A stretch of DNA of 64,000 nt from Podarcis erhardii (Eukaryota): assembly GCA_964252035.1 (NCBI GenBank), contig OZ176214.1. One strand, 5' to 3'. The translations under genes were made by a program, and so were the position numbers. Below, piece after piece: positions 51,001 to 60,170 of the stretch (positions are counted from its first letter, which is position 1; every line of letters begins with the position of its first letter). The notes beneath the pieces were generated by a model, which saw only the letters and a list, made by a program, of their open reading frames with translations, was not told the DNA's origin and searched no databases.

Positions 51001-54000
51001 ACTGAGGCTGTGGGGAGGGCAAGTGCTATCCCAGGATCCCGTCCTTGAGTTCACAATCGCTAGTGCAGGTCACTATTCCCCTTTGCTTGCAGGCCAGAAA
51101 TAAGTTACATTTTTGAGCAGCAGCATTAACAAAATACAGTGCTACCTTGGGTTACATACACTTCAAGTTACACTCGCTTCAGGTTACAGACACCGCTAAC
51201 CCAGAAATATTACCTCGGGTTAAGAACACAAATCGTGCAGAAGCGGCGCGACGGCAGCAGCAGGAGGCCTGCAAAGTGATTCTTCAGGTTAAGAACAGTT
51301 TTAGGTTAAGAGCAGACCTCATGAACGAATTAAGTACTTAACCCGAGGTACCACTGTAGAAGAAACAACTGTCTAGGTATACATGCATGTACAGGTAAAA
51401 GATTCATAAGCTTCAGGTAATCCTTTGAAAAGCACCTCAGGTTGAATATGAGAGAACAACAGAATGTCCCTTTAAAATCTAACAGAGTGGTTAAGGAAAA
51501 AAATGCACCACATTGGTCTACAGTAAGATCTCATTGGCTGCATTCACATGCCATGCTAAACTGTGGGTTGGCATGACGTGAGCAAGCACAGTGAACATCG
51601 CCCTCACCTCCTCCTATGCAGCCAAGAAGAAGGGTGTGAGAGTTTCCACTTCTAGGTAACTGCTGCTTCCTCTGTTGTCTGGACTGAGAACAGCCATTAA
51701 TGTTAAGCAGAATAAGTTTCTGAAGTTAGCTTATTGAAACAAACATTTGAAGTTGGTGTGTTTGATATTAACCATAGTTGATGTTAGCTGCAGCTCGTTG
51801 TCCCGGGCAACACAGCAAACCATGGCTAGGCAATAAGTGTCAGGGTTCCTGGGCGCATGAGAGGAGGAGATGTAAGGGGAGAGCACGCAGGTCCAGGTTG
51901 GCTGTGGCCTGTTCTTGCTTGGGCATCGGCGTGCAAACTCTGCCATTAAGGGATCTTCCGTGCATCTTACCCTGAGGCCGCTGGGATTTTGAGTGATATA
52001 ATCAGCCCTTGGACCACAGAATAAGCAGAGTGTGCTTAGCCCCAGAATGCCATTGCCTCTTTTGATAAAACTTTCTCCCCTCTTGCTGTTCTTGCTTCTG
52101 GTGGTGTTAACTCTCCTCTCCTTGTCGCCGCTTTTCTCCCTAGCACATGCCGCCACTGGATCAGGGGTGGGACCAGGTGAGGCATTGTCCTTGGGTGTCC
52201 TGATTACCTGAGCACTTCCTTACTCCCTTCATACTTTCCAGGTCACCATTTCATACTTTTAGCAGGCGAAAACCCCACGCCTTCTGCAGGTGTCTCTCGT
52301 TGCGAAGCCTCTCTGTGCTTTGGCATCCCAGCTTCAGGGACAATGGGTTTTCCTAAATCAGTTGTGGGGGGACTCCAGGACCCTGGACCAAAGGCCACCT
52401 TCCAGGCCTATGTGTCTGGCCCTCAAAACTCCTTCCAAGCCACGCACCCTCACCAGTCCTACATTGCACCCTCCTTGAGTGCTTTTGCCTGGCTGGATCA
52501 GGCCCAAAGCCTGTCTTATTCTCACAACCAGATGTCCCAAAAGGGAATTCTACAAGCAGGATCTGCGCTCACCCCACTTGCAATTCCCAGGAACAGCATG
52601 CTGCCTCCAACGGTGGAGGGAGACCTTGTGGCTGCTGGCTGTGGATAGCTTTTCCTGCTCCATTGCTAAAGCCATCCAACTTGGTGGCCTTCATTCCATC
52701 TTGTGGGAGAGAGCTCTGCTGTGTGAAGATGTCCTTTCTTTTGTCTGTCCTGAATTTTCTGGGGAAATCTTTTCTGCTCTCCATTTTATGCACCTTTGTC
52801 GTGCATGCTTTCTCCTGAACTAACTAAAAAGCCCAAGGCTTCTGCCTCCCCCCGCTCCTCATAGCCTTGCCAGTAGACCAGTTCTGCAGGGTGTTTCCTG
52901 GGAGACTCATTTTTAGCATTTGGGAGCCTCCAAAAGCACAGCTCTTGCATCCTCCCAGGAAAGGTCTTGTGGCTCTCCTTCCCCATATGTTCTCCTGTCT
53001 CTTCTGCTCCTTTGCGTTGCAGGTCAGGGTCACCAAGGAGCTAGCGGAAGCCACGGCGCAGATCTCCCAGCTCCAGCTGGAGCTGACCCATCATCAGAAG
53101 CAGGAGATAGATCTCCACTCCCAATTGAATGAAGCCCTGACAGAGTCGGAGAGGCAAAAAGCCCAGGTCAACCTACTGCATGCACAGCTGGCAGGTAAGG
53201 GAAGCTGAGAGGAGGCTCTGAAACGGCAGAAGAGCACGATCCAAGCACGTGCAGAGTAGTTTTATCATCCTAGGAAATTCTTTAGCTTGCAGGTAGGGAG
53301 CCTGTGGCCCTCCAAGTATTACTGGCCTTCACTTCTCATGAGCCCTAGCAAGCATAGGCAGGGATGATGGGCGTTGGAGTCCAGCAACCTCTGGAGGTCC
53401 TGCTCCTTAGGGCCTCCTGCAGTGTAGCTGTTAAAAACTCAGACACACAATCTCCAAAAAAGACTCTTGACTTTAATTCCATCCTTTTAAAAAGGGCAAG
53501 CTTCTGATCTCTACAAACTTGATTGATTGTATTTGTATGCTGTTTTTTGTTGAAATGAATCTCCAGCTTACAAACAATAAGTAACATTAACATAATGTAA
53601 CATAATAGAAAATGGGTTTGTGCAGATTCTGCACCTTCCTTGCCCTGCATGCAAGAGCAGAGCGGTGTAAGAGTGAGAAGAAACATGTGATATGTCTATA
53701 AATGCCATGATCATCACAATTATAACAAATAAAGGCTTGACATATCTCTCTTTGCATGTCATTAGTTATCTCATATATTAGTTTCACCTTTTAAGTTGAA
53801 TTACTGAAATAAATGAACTTTTCCACCTGTATGTCTTTAAAGTTACACGGAGGCCCCATCCACACTATACAGCGTTATCATGGCACTGCAGTCAGTCATG
53901 GCTTTCTCCCAAGGAATCCTGGGAAGTGTGGTTCGTTCCAGCTGCCAATAGTTGTGTAGAAGTGGAGAGCCCTGCTTAAGCAGCCATTTCCAGCATAGAT

Positions 54001-57000
54001 TAACAGTCTGGGAATTGTAGCTGGGGGTGGTGGCAGACCGGGGGTCCCACCACCTCTCAGCACCCTTAAGAGAATGTTCCCATTTCCCAGAATGGTTTGT
54101 GGGAAGCTGTGCGTGTTTGACGCATATAGTGCAGATGGCGCTGTACTTAGGCTTAGCTACAACAGTGGATGGAAACAAGGGCATGCACTGTAACTGGCTT
54201 TGTGCCCCACCTCCACAGAACTTCAGAAATCGTCTGATGACATGAAAAGCAGATACCAGGAGGAGAAGCTGAGTGGGAAGAAGTTGGATGAGAAGGTGAC
54301 AGCCCTGGAAGAGGAGCTGGCTGATATCCGCATTAAGAAGGAGAATCTGGAGAAGGTAGTGCCCAGGGGTGGCAAAAGTCATCACCCGAGGCCAGAAGTG
54401 GCTCCCTGGAAAACTCTCTCTGACCCTTAGGATTCTCCCAGTGCCATACCCCTCCCCCTCTCCCCCATCTTTGCACCCTTGATCATTCTTTGCTTCCCTG
54501 GAAGATCTAATAATAATAATTATGATGATAATGATGAAATAATCTATATCCCGCCCATCTGACTGGGCTTCTTCTTTCATTCTTAAATGGAGGATTGAAA
54601 GGGACAAGTGGGGAAATTAACATATGTTGCTCCACCTACCTTTACTCTTAGCAGGCGGCCCCCAAGAGGTCAGTCAGTGGAGTGGAGTCTGTTAGGCAAA
54701 CAGGGCACTTCCCTCACCCAGCCACCACTTGCTTGCCTTCTTCCTTACAGCCAATCAGGATGTGGCTCTGCCTGTCATTGGGCTCCTTGCCTTCTGCCCC
54801 ACCCACCTCAATGGGCAGGAGCCACCTGTCCTTGGAACACCTCTGCTCACTCTGCTGGCTTCTCATGTCTGCCGTAGGTCTCTGCTTACTGTTTATTACA
54901 GGGGCTCCTGAACTGTGGTCTGCGGACCACCACTAGTTAATGCTGGTTTTCTTCTAGCTTTCCCTGCTTAAAACCACAAGAAGCTCAGAGAACGAGAAGC
55001 TGTCACCACAGCAGGAACAGCCAGAGCCTGTGAAAGGCAAGGTCAGTGGGGCTCTCTTAAAACGTCTTGATGGAGGGTCTGCGGTTCTAACGTGTCCCAC
55101 AGGCTTGTTACACATCTGTGCTGTGAGCCAGTGTGATGCTGTGTACTAATGCAGAGACTGAACTGCATTACTGTATATAGAGCTTAGCATTAGCTGAAAA
55201 AGCAACTCATAAATTATATGTTGTCAAAGGCTAGAGGACCCTGAAAAATTCTATGCAGGCAGCTGGGTGGGATTTTACCTTGTATACAATCTGTAGAGAG
55301 AGACTGGACTCCCTGTCCATAGTACAGTGTGAAATGTGGCTTGCCAAATTGGTCCCAAACTTTTGGAAGGGCACCAGGTTGGCAGAGGCAACAGCAGTTA
55401 ACAATACTTTAAAACAGTTTACAGTCTCACAAATAAGGTATCTCCTAAAAATACACACAGATGTGTTCCTCTCTCTGTAACAAACCCTGAAGTGCTCTTG
55501 AAATAAGAAATGTTAAGGAAAGTCGCGGGGCGCAAGCAGTAGAGAGAAATCTTAGTCACATTCAGCAAAAGCAATGGCAAACCACACTTCTGTAACTTCA
55601 ATCGGGAGTTCTTACCTGTTAGTCTGAACAGCACAATTCAATGCCATCCATTGCTTGGCACGTAGATGCTATCCAGATAATGTATGTTCCTTGTAAAATA
55701 AATGAATAAATGAAATCATCACCACATTTGGCTGTCCAGAAACTCTTGAAAGCCCACTGTCCTTGCTGGTGTTGCTTCCCTGCCTTCTGACTCTTTGGCA
55801 TCATCCTGCCCCAGGTGAAGAAGATCATGAACGAGGTCTTCCAGTGCCTGCGGGGCCAGTTCAACTTGGAGGAGTCCTATACCGGCCAGGAGGTCCTGGG
55901 TATCGTCCTGAACGCCATCAAGGTACAGCCCAGGGCAGATGGATCCTGACACTTGAATAAGATGAAATTGAGTGAACTGATCTATCATTTCTCTTCCTTT
56001 TTGTATGGTTCCAAATGTCATGAGTTTGGGTGCCAGAGTTTTGGGTGCAAGATGCCCATAACTACTGGGTTTAGTAAGTGTTAGAATTTAATCACTGCTT
56101 GGAGAGTGAAACTGAAAGTCAGGCGCTTAACAGCTGGACTCAGCTTCCTGTGTTGAGGAGATCGCTTGAGAGGTGGGCCATTAGAGAACTAATAATGAAG
56201 ATGATGATGATGATTTTGTTTATACCCAGCCACTCTGGGTGGCTTCCAACACATATATAAAACATAGTCAAACATTAAACATCTTTAAAAAATGGAACAC
56301 TTCACCAATTTGCAGAGGCCATGCTAACCTCTTTATCGATCCAATTTTAGTATACAGTATGTGCTGCAGACAGAAAGATGGGCCATCAGCAAGACAGACA
56401 CTCTGCCAGCCAGCAGATGGGTGAAGCCCCACCCAGAGCTTTGAGATAGTGAGTTTGAAGAGAGTGCCAAAGTTTTGGTTAGGAGGAAGTTTTAGGATTT
56501 CAGTTGGCTATGGTGTGATCAAAAGAAAAAAGGCTTTCAGTCTGTTAAATGCAGCAAGCTGGAGAGGCAGGATCAGAGCACAATGCAGACTGACAGTTTG
56601 AATTAGAGGTTGCAGCAATGGGAAAAATGGGACTCTCTTGGAGTGTATGCTGGGGGCCCCCTCCATTACAGGCTCAGGCGTAAATAAACTATATATCATT
56701 ATGACACCACAGTCTACACTGTGCCTCATTTCCAAAGGAAACACAGACTAAGTGCCTAGACCCCTGGAATCTTCCACCGGTCAGAGACTGGGGTGGCATT
56801 TAGCCCCATATTTCTAATCATGGGAGCAGCAAAGAGGGTGAAGCCCAGCTCTCTAGAAATAACAGGTTGCATCTAAGGTACTACAAAGTGAAAGTCACTT
56901 AGCTGTGCCTGTGTGGCTGAGTAGGGATTCAAACCCTGGTCTCCTGAGTCCTGGTTAGAGACCAACCATTACACAGTACTTTCATCAGGGGCTGCAGTCT

Positions 57001-59345
57001 TTTTTGTGGCAAATAATCCCCCCTCCCCTCTACTTGTTCCAGACAACAACTCTGCAGCTGCTGGAGAGTCAGGAGGAACAAAGGGGGAGCAGCAGCACCG
57101 AGGAGGAAGAAACTGCGGAAAGGAAGCAGCCAAGTGCCGCACCCCTTTATGGGGATCCCCACAGCAACTCTCTCCGAGAACCAGCACCAGTGGCATCCCC
57201 CGCTCCTTTGGCTAATCTGAAGGAAAGCTCAAGCAGTCCGCCATTCACCACTCTCAAAGGAGCCCAAGACAGACTGCTTTTTGCAGCTCCTGAGGCTCAT
57301 TCTTCGGAAGCACCGGTTGAACAAACTCGTGCAGCCTCTGCTCAAACTGCAAGGCCGCCTCTCAGGCTCTCCGCCAGTATTGAGAAGGAGAGGCCAAGCA
57401 CTCAGGGAGAAATGGACACAATAGACACCGCCATTATGGCACCTCCAAATCCAGCGGCGGATGAGACGGCATCTGCAATGGAGGGGCCCACAAGGGATCC
57501 AGAGGGCAAGGAGGAGAGTGGGGCAAATCAGCACACCGCTGGCCCCACCTCTCAAGCTGCTCTAGCCGACAAGCAGCAGGACCTGGCTGGAGCCTCACAG
57601 CCAAGACCAGCGTCCAGCCCCATGGAAGCAGATTCCAGGTCTGTGGCAGGGCGGGAGGGGGACAGGAACTGTACCCATTATGAGTCTCTTGCCTTTCCGT
57701 GCCTTCCCCCCACCCCCTAATAGCATGGGGTTTCAGGCACAAAGGAAGAGCCTGGCTCCCCCTTGTTGGGTGATAACGCCGAGGCCTGTTGCCTCCCCCC
57801 AACTGCAGCGTCGCCTGGGATTCATTCCTCGGGTCTCCCATCACACTGATGTGGCCCATATCCAGGGACATGAGCACACAGTGAGCAGAATTCAAAACAG
57901 ACGCTCAGCCTTCAGTAGTAACATCTAAACCTAATTTATTGCAAATTAAATCAAACAGAACAGATAAATAAAACATGGCTCCTCTCTCTGTCTTTATTCC
58001 TCGGAGAGAGAGCGGCAAAAAACAAAAGCTATACAGAGCGGAAACAGCATATCTCAACTTCCTCTCACAAGACTCCCACAATCAGTGCTGGAATGTAAAC
58101 AGACATGTGACATGTAGCAATCCCACACACATCTGCAGTACGGGAGGAATGGAATTCTCAACACCCCTCTGCTCCATTCATTGACATCAGTGCTAGCACT
58201 CTCCCACTCCCTCATTTAACCCCCACATCAACCCTATAAGGTAGGCACTACCCAATGAGCTTCAGGACTGAGTAGAGATTTGAACTCTGGTCTCCCAGGG
58301 TTCTGGTCCGTTAACCACTGCATCACTCCCACTCTCCTTTTCCTTCTGTCTTTTTCTCTTGCAGTCTTCTTGAGGACAAGGGTGGTTTCTTCAAAGTTGC
58401 CACTCCCAAGCCATCTGCACTGGGAACTCTGTTGGTAGAAGATGACGACGACGAGGAAGAGGTGGTAAGAGCTTTGAGGGGGTGCAGTGGTGTATGGTGC
58501 CATTTGGGATGGCTTAAGGTGGAAGGCATAGGTAAAGGTATAGGGACCCCTGACCATTAGGTCCAGTCGTGGCCGACTCGGGTTGCGGCGCTCATCTCAC
58601 TTTATTGGCCGAGGGAGCCGGCGTACAGCTTCCGGGTCATGTGGCCAGCATGACAAAGCCGCTTCTGGCAAACCAGAGCAGCGCACGGAAACGCCATTTA
58701 CCTTCCCGCCAGAGCGGTACCTATTTATCTACTTGCATTTTGACATGCTTTCAAACTGCTAGGTTGGCAGGAGCAGGGACCGAGCAACGGGAGCTCACCT
58801 CGTGGTGGGGATTCGAACCGCCAACCTTCTGATTGGCAAGCCCTAGGCTCTGTGGTTTAACCCGCAGCGCCACCCATAGAGGCCCTCAATAGGTGTTTGA
58901 TAAACTAAAGTGGTGGTATTTTGTTACCAGGGCACCACCAATCTTTCCTCTGGCTGTTAGGGGCGCTATATTGTTATGGTTTTGTGGCATGTTCACTTTA
59001 TTAGGGTCAATGTCCACTATTCAATACTAACAATAGCTGGAGCCATAGCCACTGACAGGCAGCAGAGCCAACTACTTCCAGTTTTGTCCTCTTCCTCCCT
59101 GCTGAGTCCCACAAGGGGCAACCTTGCGACTTACTAGGAGGAAGCTAGAGCCCACATCCTTGTCTTCCTTTTCCCGCTTGCCTTGCTGATGGTCCTGTTC
59201 AGCTGGCCACCTGCTCTGCCAAGCAGCGATGACATATCCCTGCCTTTCTTTCTCTCGGTTTCAGAGCCTTAAGGGTCGGCCTCCCCCCACCCCACTCTTT
59301 GATGATGATGACGATGACAACGATGACCTATACCTGCTGGGATGA
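24799..59345 (+). CDS. FKBP15: FK506-binding protein 15 (WAFL), copy 1; 26 coding exons, 3174 nt = 1057 aa + stop (1087 aa from the upstream ATG at 24709)
   Basis: All 26 exons join in frame with GT-AG ends. Recognisable motifs: RLASLFG, PKQPKKGQ, FYDDQRQNWSIMFESE (WH1-like), VFDS/KVIKGWEDGM (FKBP domain), KLISRMAKMGQPMLP, METSMIMSNIQRI, ENERLKQEI, VKKIMN, KGRPPPTPLFDDDD. Confidence 0.96.
24950..25128 (+). repeat. G-rich 18-bp minisatellite, ~10 units (consensus gctgtatgtggggctggg)
   Basis: Units read directly; lies ~95 bp into FKBP15 intron 1. Confidence 0.9.
27450..27615 (+). mobile_element. tRNA-derived squamate SINE (Squam3-like; family name inferred). Other copies at ~16110-16290(-), 26540-26975(+, split by a MITE), 34270-34450(+), 37400-37560(-), 43560-43690(-), 48880-49040
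   Basis: tgctttgcatgcagaaggtcc..gttcaatccc (B-box-like) head and ..ggcagcttcttatgttcct tail repeated across the window. Confidence 0.75.
28520..29040 (+). mobile_element. L1-like LINE 3' end, inserted in a Penelope-like fragment (~28465-29190)
   Basis: IRDQGEESVEEDWRKFKDYL remnant, T-rich 3' UTR, aataaa and A-rich tail; same family as the 3' end of 37781..39999. Confidence 0.8.
30280..30560 (+). mobile_element. L2-type LINE 3' end
   Basis: ..FSVAAPKLWNSLP.. remnant. Confidence 0.7.
31670..31945 (+). mobile_element. CR1-type LINE 3' end
   Basis: gataatatgatagaagtttatcaaatt...ggccaccaacttgggtgactttaaaagaggattag, typical of this tail; a related - strand piece lies at ~52640-52800. Confidence 0.75.
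32202..32318 (+). mobile_element. Sauria SINE, 3'-truncated
   Basis: ggtaaaggggcccctgaccattaggtccagtcg...gccagcat. Confidence 0.9.
32508..32617 (+). CDS. FKBP15: FKBP15 exon 2 (TRLASLFGQDQ...PKQPKKGQLAT)
   Basis: cccag|G ... G|gtaagt; 110 nt. Confidence 0.95.
32989..33124 (+). CDS. FKBP15: FKBP15 exon 3 (Ala-rich...FATAVHAYL)
   Basis: ctgcag| ... TT|gtgagt; 136 nt; alternative in-frame acceptor at 32983. Confidence 0.9.
33908..33977 (+). CDS. FKBP15: FKBP15 exon 4 (TNGKYVKHGKYGAAVVGSNATKE)
   Basis: ttccag| ... GAG|gtaaga; 70 nt. Confidence 0.95.
35271..35345 (+). CDS. FKBP15: FKBP15 exon 5 (YRVLLYISKQQQIATARIDAWFVFT)
   Basis: atccag| ... ACG|gtaagc; 75 nt. Confidence 0.95.
36143..36215. 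repeat. Short hairpin repeat (ctcagagtagac.cactgaaattaat..attaatttca..ggtct.ctctgag); other copies at ~2775, 9437, 18320
   Basis: Recurrent imperfect palindrome. Confidence 0.6.
36333..36431 (+). CDS. FKBP15: FKBP15 exon 6 (VQPNNYCTFYDDQRQNWSIMFESE...KQ)
   Basis: ccgcag| ... CAG|gtgcca; 99 nt. Confidence 0.96.
36713..36862 (+). CDS. FKBP15: FKBP15 exon 7 (LCIAKYNS...ITFTGWLFQNGSLGQ)
   Basis: tcacag| ... CAG|gtgaga; 150 nt. Confidence 0.95.
37666..37734 (+). CDS. FKBP15: FKBP15 exon 8 (VFDSNVNKEKLLRLKLGSGKVIK)
   Basis: gaacag| ... AAG|gtaaga; 69 nt. Confidence 0.96.
37781..39999 (-). mobile_element. Internally deleted L1-like element (5' UTR + ORF1 + last codons of ORF2 + 3' UTR)
   Basis: CpG-rich 5' end (ggggacttccgg..); ORF1-like frame ~39088->38348 with one TAG at 38948-38950; LMDYRELADMTGRIRDQGEESVEEDWKKFKDYL follows directly; candidate TSD tgtttt at 37775-37780 and 40000-40005. 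Confidence 0.82.
40775..40918 (+). CDS. FKBP15: FKBP15 exon 9 (GWEDGMIGMKRGG...LAFEVQVKR)
   Basis: ttgaag| ... CGG|gtgagt; 144 nt. Confidence 0.95.
41068..41210 (+). CDS. FKBP15: FKBP15 exon 10 (VRFAKGADS...PKP)
   Basis: ccttag| ... GG|gtgaga; 143 nt. Confidence 0.92.
41742..41790 (+). CDS. FKBP15: FKBP15 exon 11 (EPAVRAKSSSISEQLA)
   Basis: ctgcag|G ... GCG|gtaagt; 49 nt. Confidence 0.93.
41990..42155. mobile_element. Short pogo-type MITE related to 12804..13416, in opposite orientation
   Basis: TIR cagtatttttccgt/acggaaaaatacgg. Confidence 0.78.
42254..42295. repeat. (AAT)n microsatellite
   Basis: Read directly. Confidence 0.97.
43362..43481 (+). CDS. FKBP15: FKBP15 exon 12 (NPDVTKVKLISRMAKMGQPMLP...EVE)
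   Basis: ggacag| ... GAG|gtgtgt; 120 nt. Confidence 0.92.
43700..44050. mobile_element. Penelope-like element fragment
   Basis: Ends in gtatctgaagaagtgtgcatgcac..ttagttggtctttaaggtgctactggaagg, the same terminus as at 18.5 and 29.1 kb. Confidence 0.75.
44413..44494 (+). CDS. FKBP15: FKBP15 exon 13 (EPHAIQEFSNF...WATQ)
   Basis: cttcag| ... G|gtaaaa; 82 nt; poorly conserved, chosen because it supplies the required phase 0 to phase 1 bridge. Confidence 0.72.
45031..45091. repeat. (GAT)n microsatellite
   Basis: Read directly. Confidence 0.97.
45143..45228 (+). CDS. FKBP15: FKBP15 exon 14 (APHPAVSGLQVP...QNCQ)
   Basis: tcctag| ... CAG|gtaagg; 86 nt; resembles human APQPSVTGLQ. Confidence 0.82.
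46701..46791 (+). CDS. FKBP15: FKBP15 exon 15 (PYAGMPYAYPQ...PFQ)
   Basis: tctcag| ... G|gtatgt; 91 nt. Confidence 0.92.
47586..47801 (+). mobile_element. Tc1/mariner-type MITE
   Basis: TIR cagtggtacctcgggtt/aacccaaggtaccactg; TA on the left, CA on the right. Confidence 0.85.
47880..47989 (+). CDS. FKBP15: FKBP15 exon 16 (AGDLGSFLLTETRQQNTEIRLAVGKVADKMDQLSVK)
   Basis: tcacag|cag NAGNAG acceptor ... AAG|gtaata; 110 or 107 nt. Confidence 0.93.
48008..48322 (+). mobile_element. Sauria SINE, near full length with small internal deletions
   Basis: Aligns to 58531..58874. Confidence 0.93.
49194..49301 (+). CDS. FKBP15: FKBP15 exon 17 (LEELRKQ...METSMIMSNIQRILQ)
   Basis: ttgcag| ... CAG|gtaaag; 108 nt. 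Confidence 0.95.
50375..50469 (+). CDS. FKBP15: FKBP15 exon 18 (ENERLKQEIVEK...RNQR)
   Basis: ccacag| ... CG|gtgagg; 95 nt. Confidence 0.95.
50855..50957 (+). CDS. FKBP15: FKBP15 exon 19 (YVEQSNLL...RVLHAEQEK)
   Basis: ccccag|C ... AAG|gtaagc; 103 nt. Confidence 0.95.
51137..51356 (-). mobile_element. Tc1/mariner-type MITE, inverted copy of 47586..47801
   Basis: TA on both sides; the reverse complement begins cagtggtacctcgggttaagtacttaattcgttc. Confidence 0.87.
53023..53194 (+). CDS. FKBP15: FKBP15 exon 20 (VRVTKELAEATAQ...AQLA)
   Basis: ttgcag| ... G|gtaagg; 172 nt. Confidence 0.94.
54219..54355 (+). CDS. FKBP15: FKBP15 exon 21 (ELQKSSDD...LEEELADIRIKKENLEK)
   Basis: ccacag| ... AAG|gtagtg; 137 nt. 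Confidence 0.94.
54958..55041 (+). CDS. FKBP15: FKBP15 exon 22 (LSLLKTTRSSENEKLSPQQEQPEPVKGK)
   Basis: ttttcttctag| ... AAG|gtcagt; 84 nt, phase 0/0, stop-free; weakly conserved. Confidence 0.72.
55815..55922 (+). CDS. FKBP15: FKBP15 exon 23 (VKKIMNEVFQCLRGQF...NAIK)
   Basis: ccccag| ... AAG|gtacag; 108 nt. Confidence 0.95.
57043..57638 (+). CDS. FKBP15: FKBP15 exon 24, large low-complexity acidic/Pro-rich exon (TTTLQLLESQEE...EADS)
   Basis: ttccag| ... AG|gtctgt; 596 nt inside ORF 57004..57720; phase matches the next exon. Confidence 0.88.
58365..58464 (+). CDS. FKBP15: FKBP15 exon 25 (LLEDKGGFFKVAT...DDDDEEEV)
   Basis: ttgcag|T ... GTG|gtaaga; 100 nt. Confidence 0.9.
58531..58874 (+). 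mobile_element. Sauria SINE, full length
   Basis: ggtaaagg..gggacccctgaccattaggtccagtcg ... gggattcgaaccgcc ... cagcgccacc; matches the lacertid-type consensus as I recall it. Confidence 0.94.
59265..59345 (+). CDS. FKBP15: FKBP15 last exon (SLKGRPPPTPLFDDDDDDNDDLYLLG*)
   Basis: tttcag| acceptor; TGA at 59343-59345. Confidence 0.95.
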   Translation, partial: SLKGRPPPTPLFDDDDDDNDDLYLLG

Positions 59346-59763
59346 GCGGCCTGGCAAATGCCATGGCAATACTTTCTTCTCTCAAGAGCTTCAGTGATTG
59401 CTGATCTGGGGCTGAGATGGATGGAGCTGGGTTTTTTCCTGTGGGCCTCCCCAGATTGCTCATTTGGGCTTTGGTGGCCTTAACTTGTGGTTTTTGAGGC
59501 TGCTGGCGGGAAGAGGGGTGACTCTCTCTAACTCTCGGTAGCAAATGTCAATTTGGGACTTTGTCTGGCTTCAAAGTCCTGACTGTTTAATTCACTACTG
59601 CCAAACACACCTGTACCCTACACGCTTTTGACCCAGCTGCTGCTGGGAGTAGCGGTGGGTATCACCTTGAACAGCTCCCCCCTGTGGAAACCAAACTTAA
59701 CCTATTGCCATAGCTCACCTCCAGTTCTGAACCTTGGCAAAACCAGATCTTGAAGAAAATAAT

Positions 59764-59785
59764 AATAAAGTGCAATTAAAATAAA
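59764..59785 (+). terminator. Probable FKBP15 polyadenylation signals
   Basis: AATAAA at 59764 and 59780, ATTAAA between them, followed by TG/T-rich sequence (tctgttgtctcagttctttc). Confidence 0.7.
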
Positions 59786-59809
59786 TTAACTCTGTTGTCT
59801 CAGTTCTTT

Positions 59810-60170
59810 CACTTTAGCAAGGCAAGAAGGGGAGGGGAAAATTAGATATTTAAGAGATCAAAGGTTCATTGAGGACTGGGGGAAATTTGTGGAATATCTG
59901 GAAAATATAAGTGAAGGTCAGATAACGCTAGTTGGGTTTAAAAAAGCTCTGTGAAAAGGTTGGAATATTGTCTAAAGAGAAAAAGAAGGAAAGAGAAAAT
60001 AATGTCAATATAAGCTAGGATTTGTGTGAATTTGTTAAATTAGGGTATGGATGATTTCAGTGGAAGCTGAAGGAAGTCTTATAGAAAGAAATCTGAGACA
60101 ACAAGGTGTAAACTGTTTTATTTTCTTGTTTGTTATGATTTTAAAAACAATAAGAATTATGCGTGAAAAA
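59810..60170 (+). mobile_element. L1-like 3' end fragment
   Basis: ..GKIRYLRDQRFIEDWGKFVEYLE.. followed by a T-rich UTR and A run. Confidence 0.65.

Noticed and set aside
53843-54607. 254-aa minus-strand ORF, and other long antisense ORFs such as 57434..57895 and 49092..49676
   Set aside because: Shadows of FKBP15 exons plus repeats; no recognisable domain.
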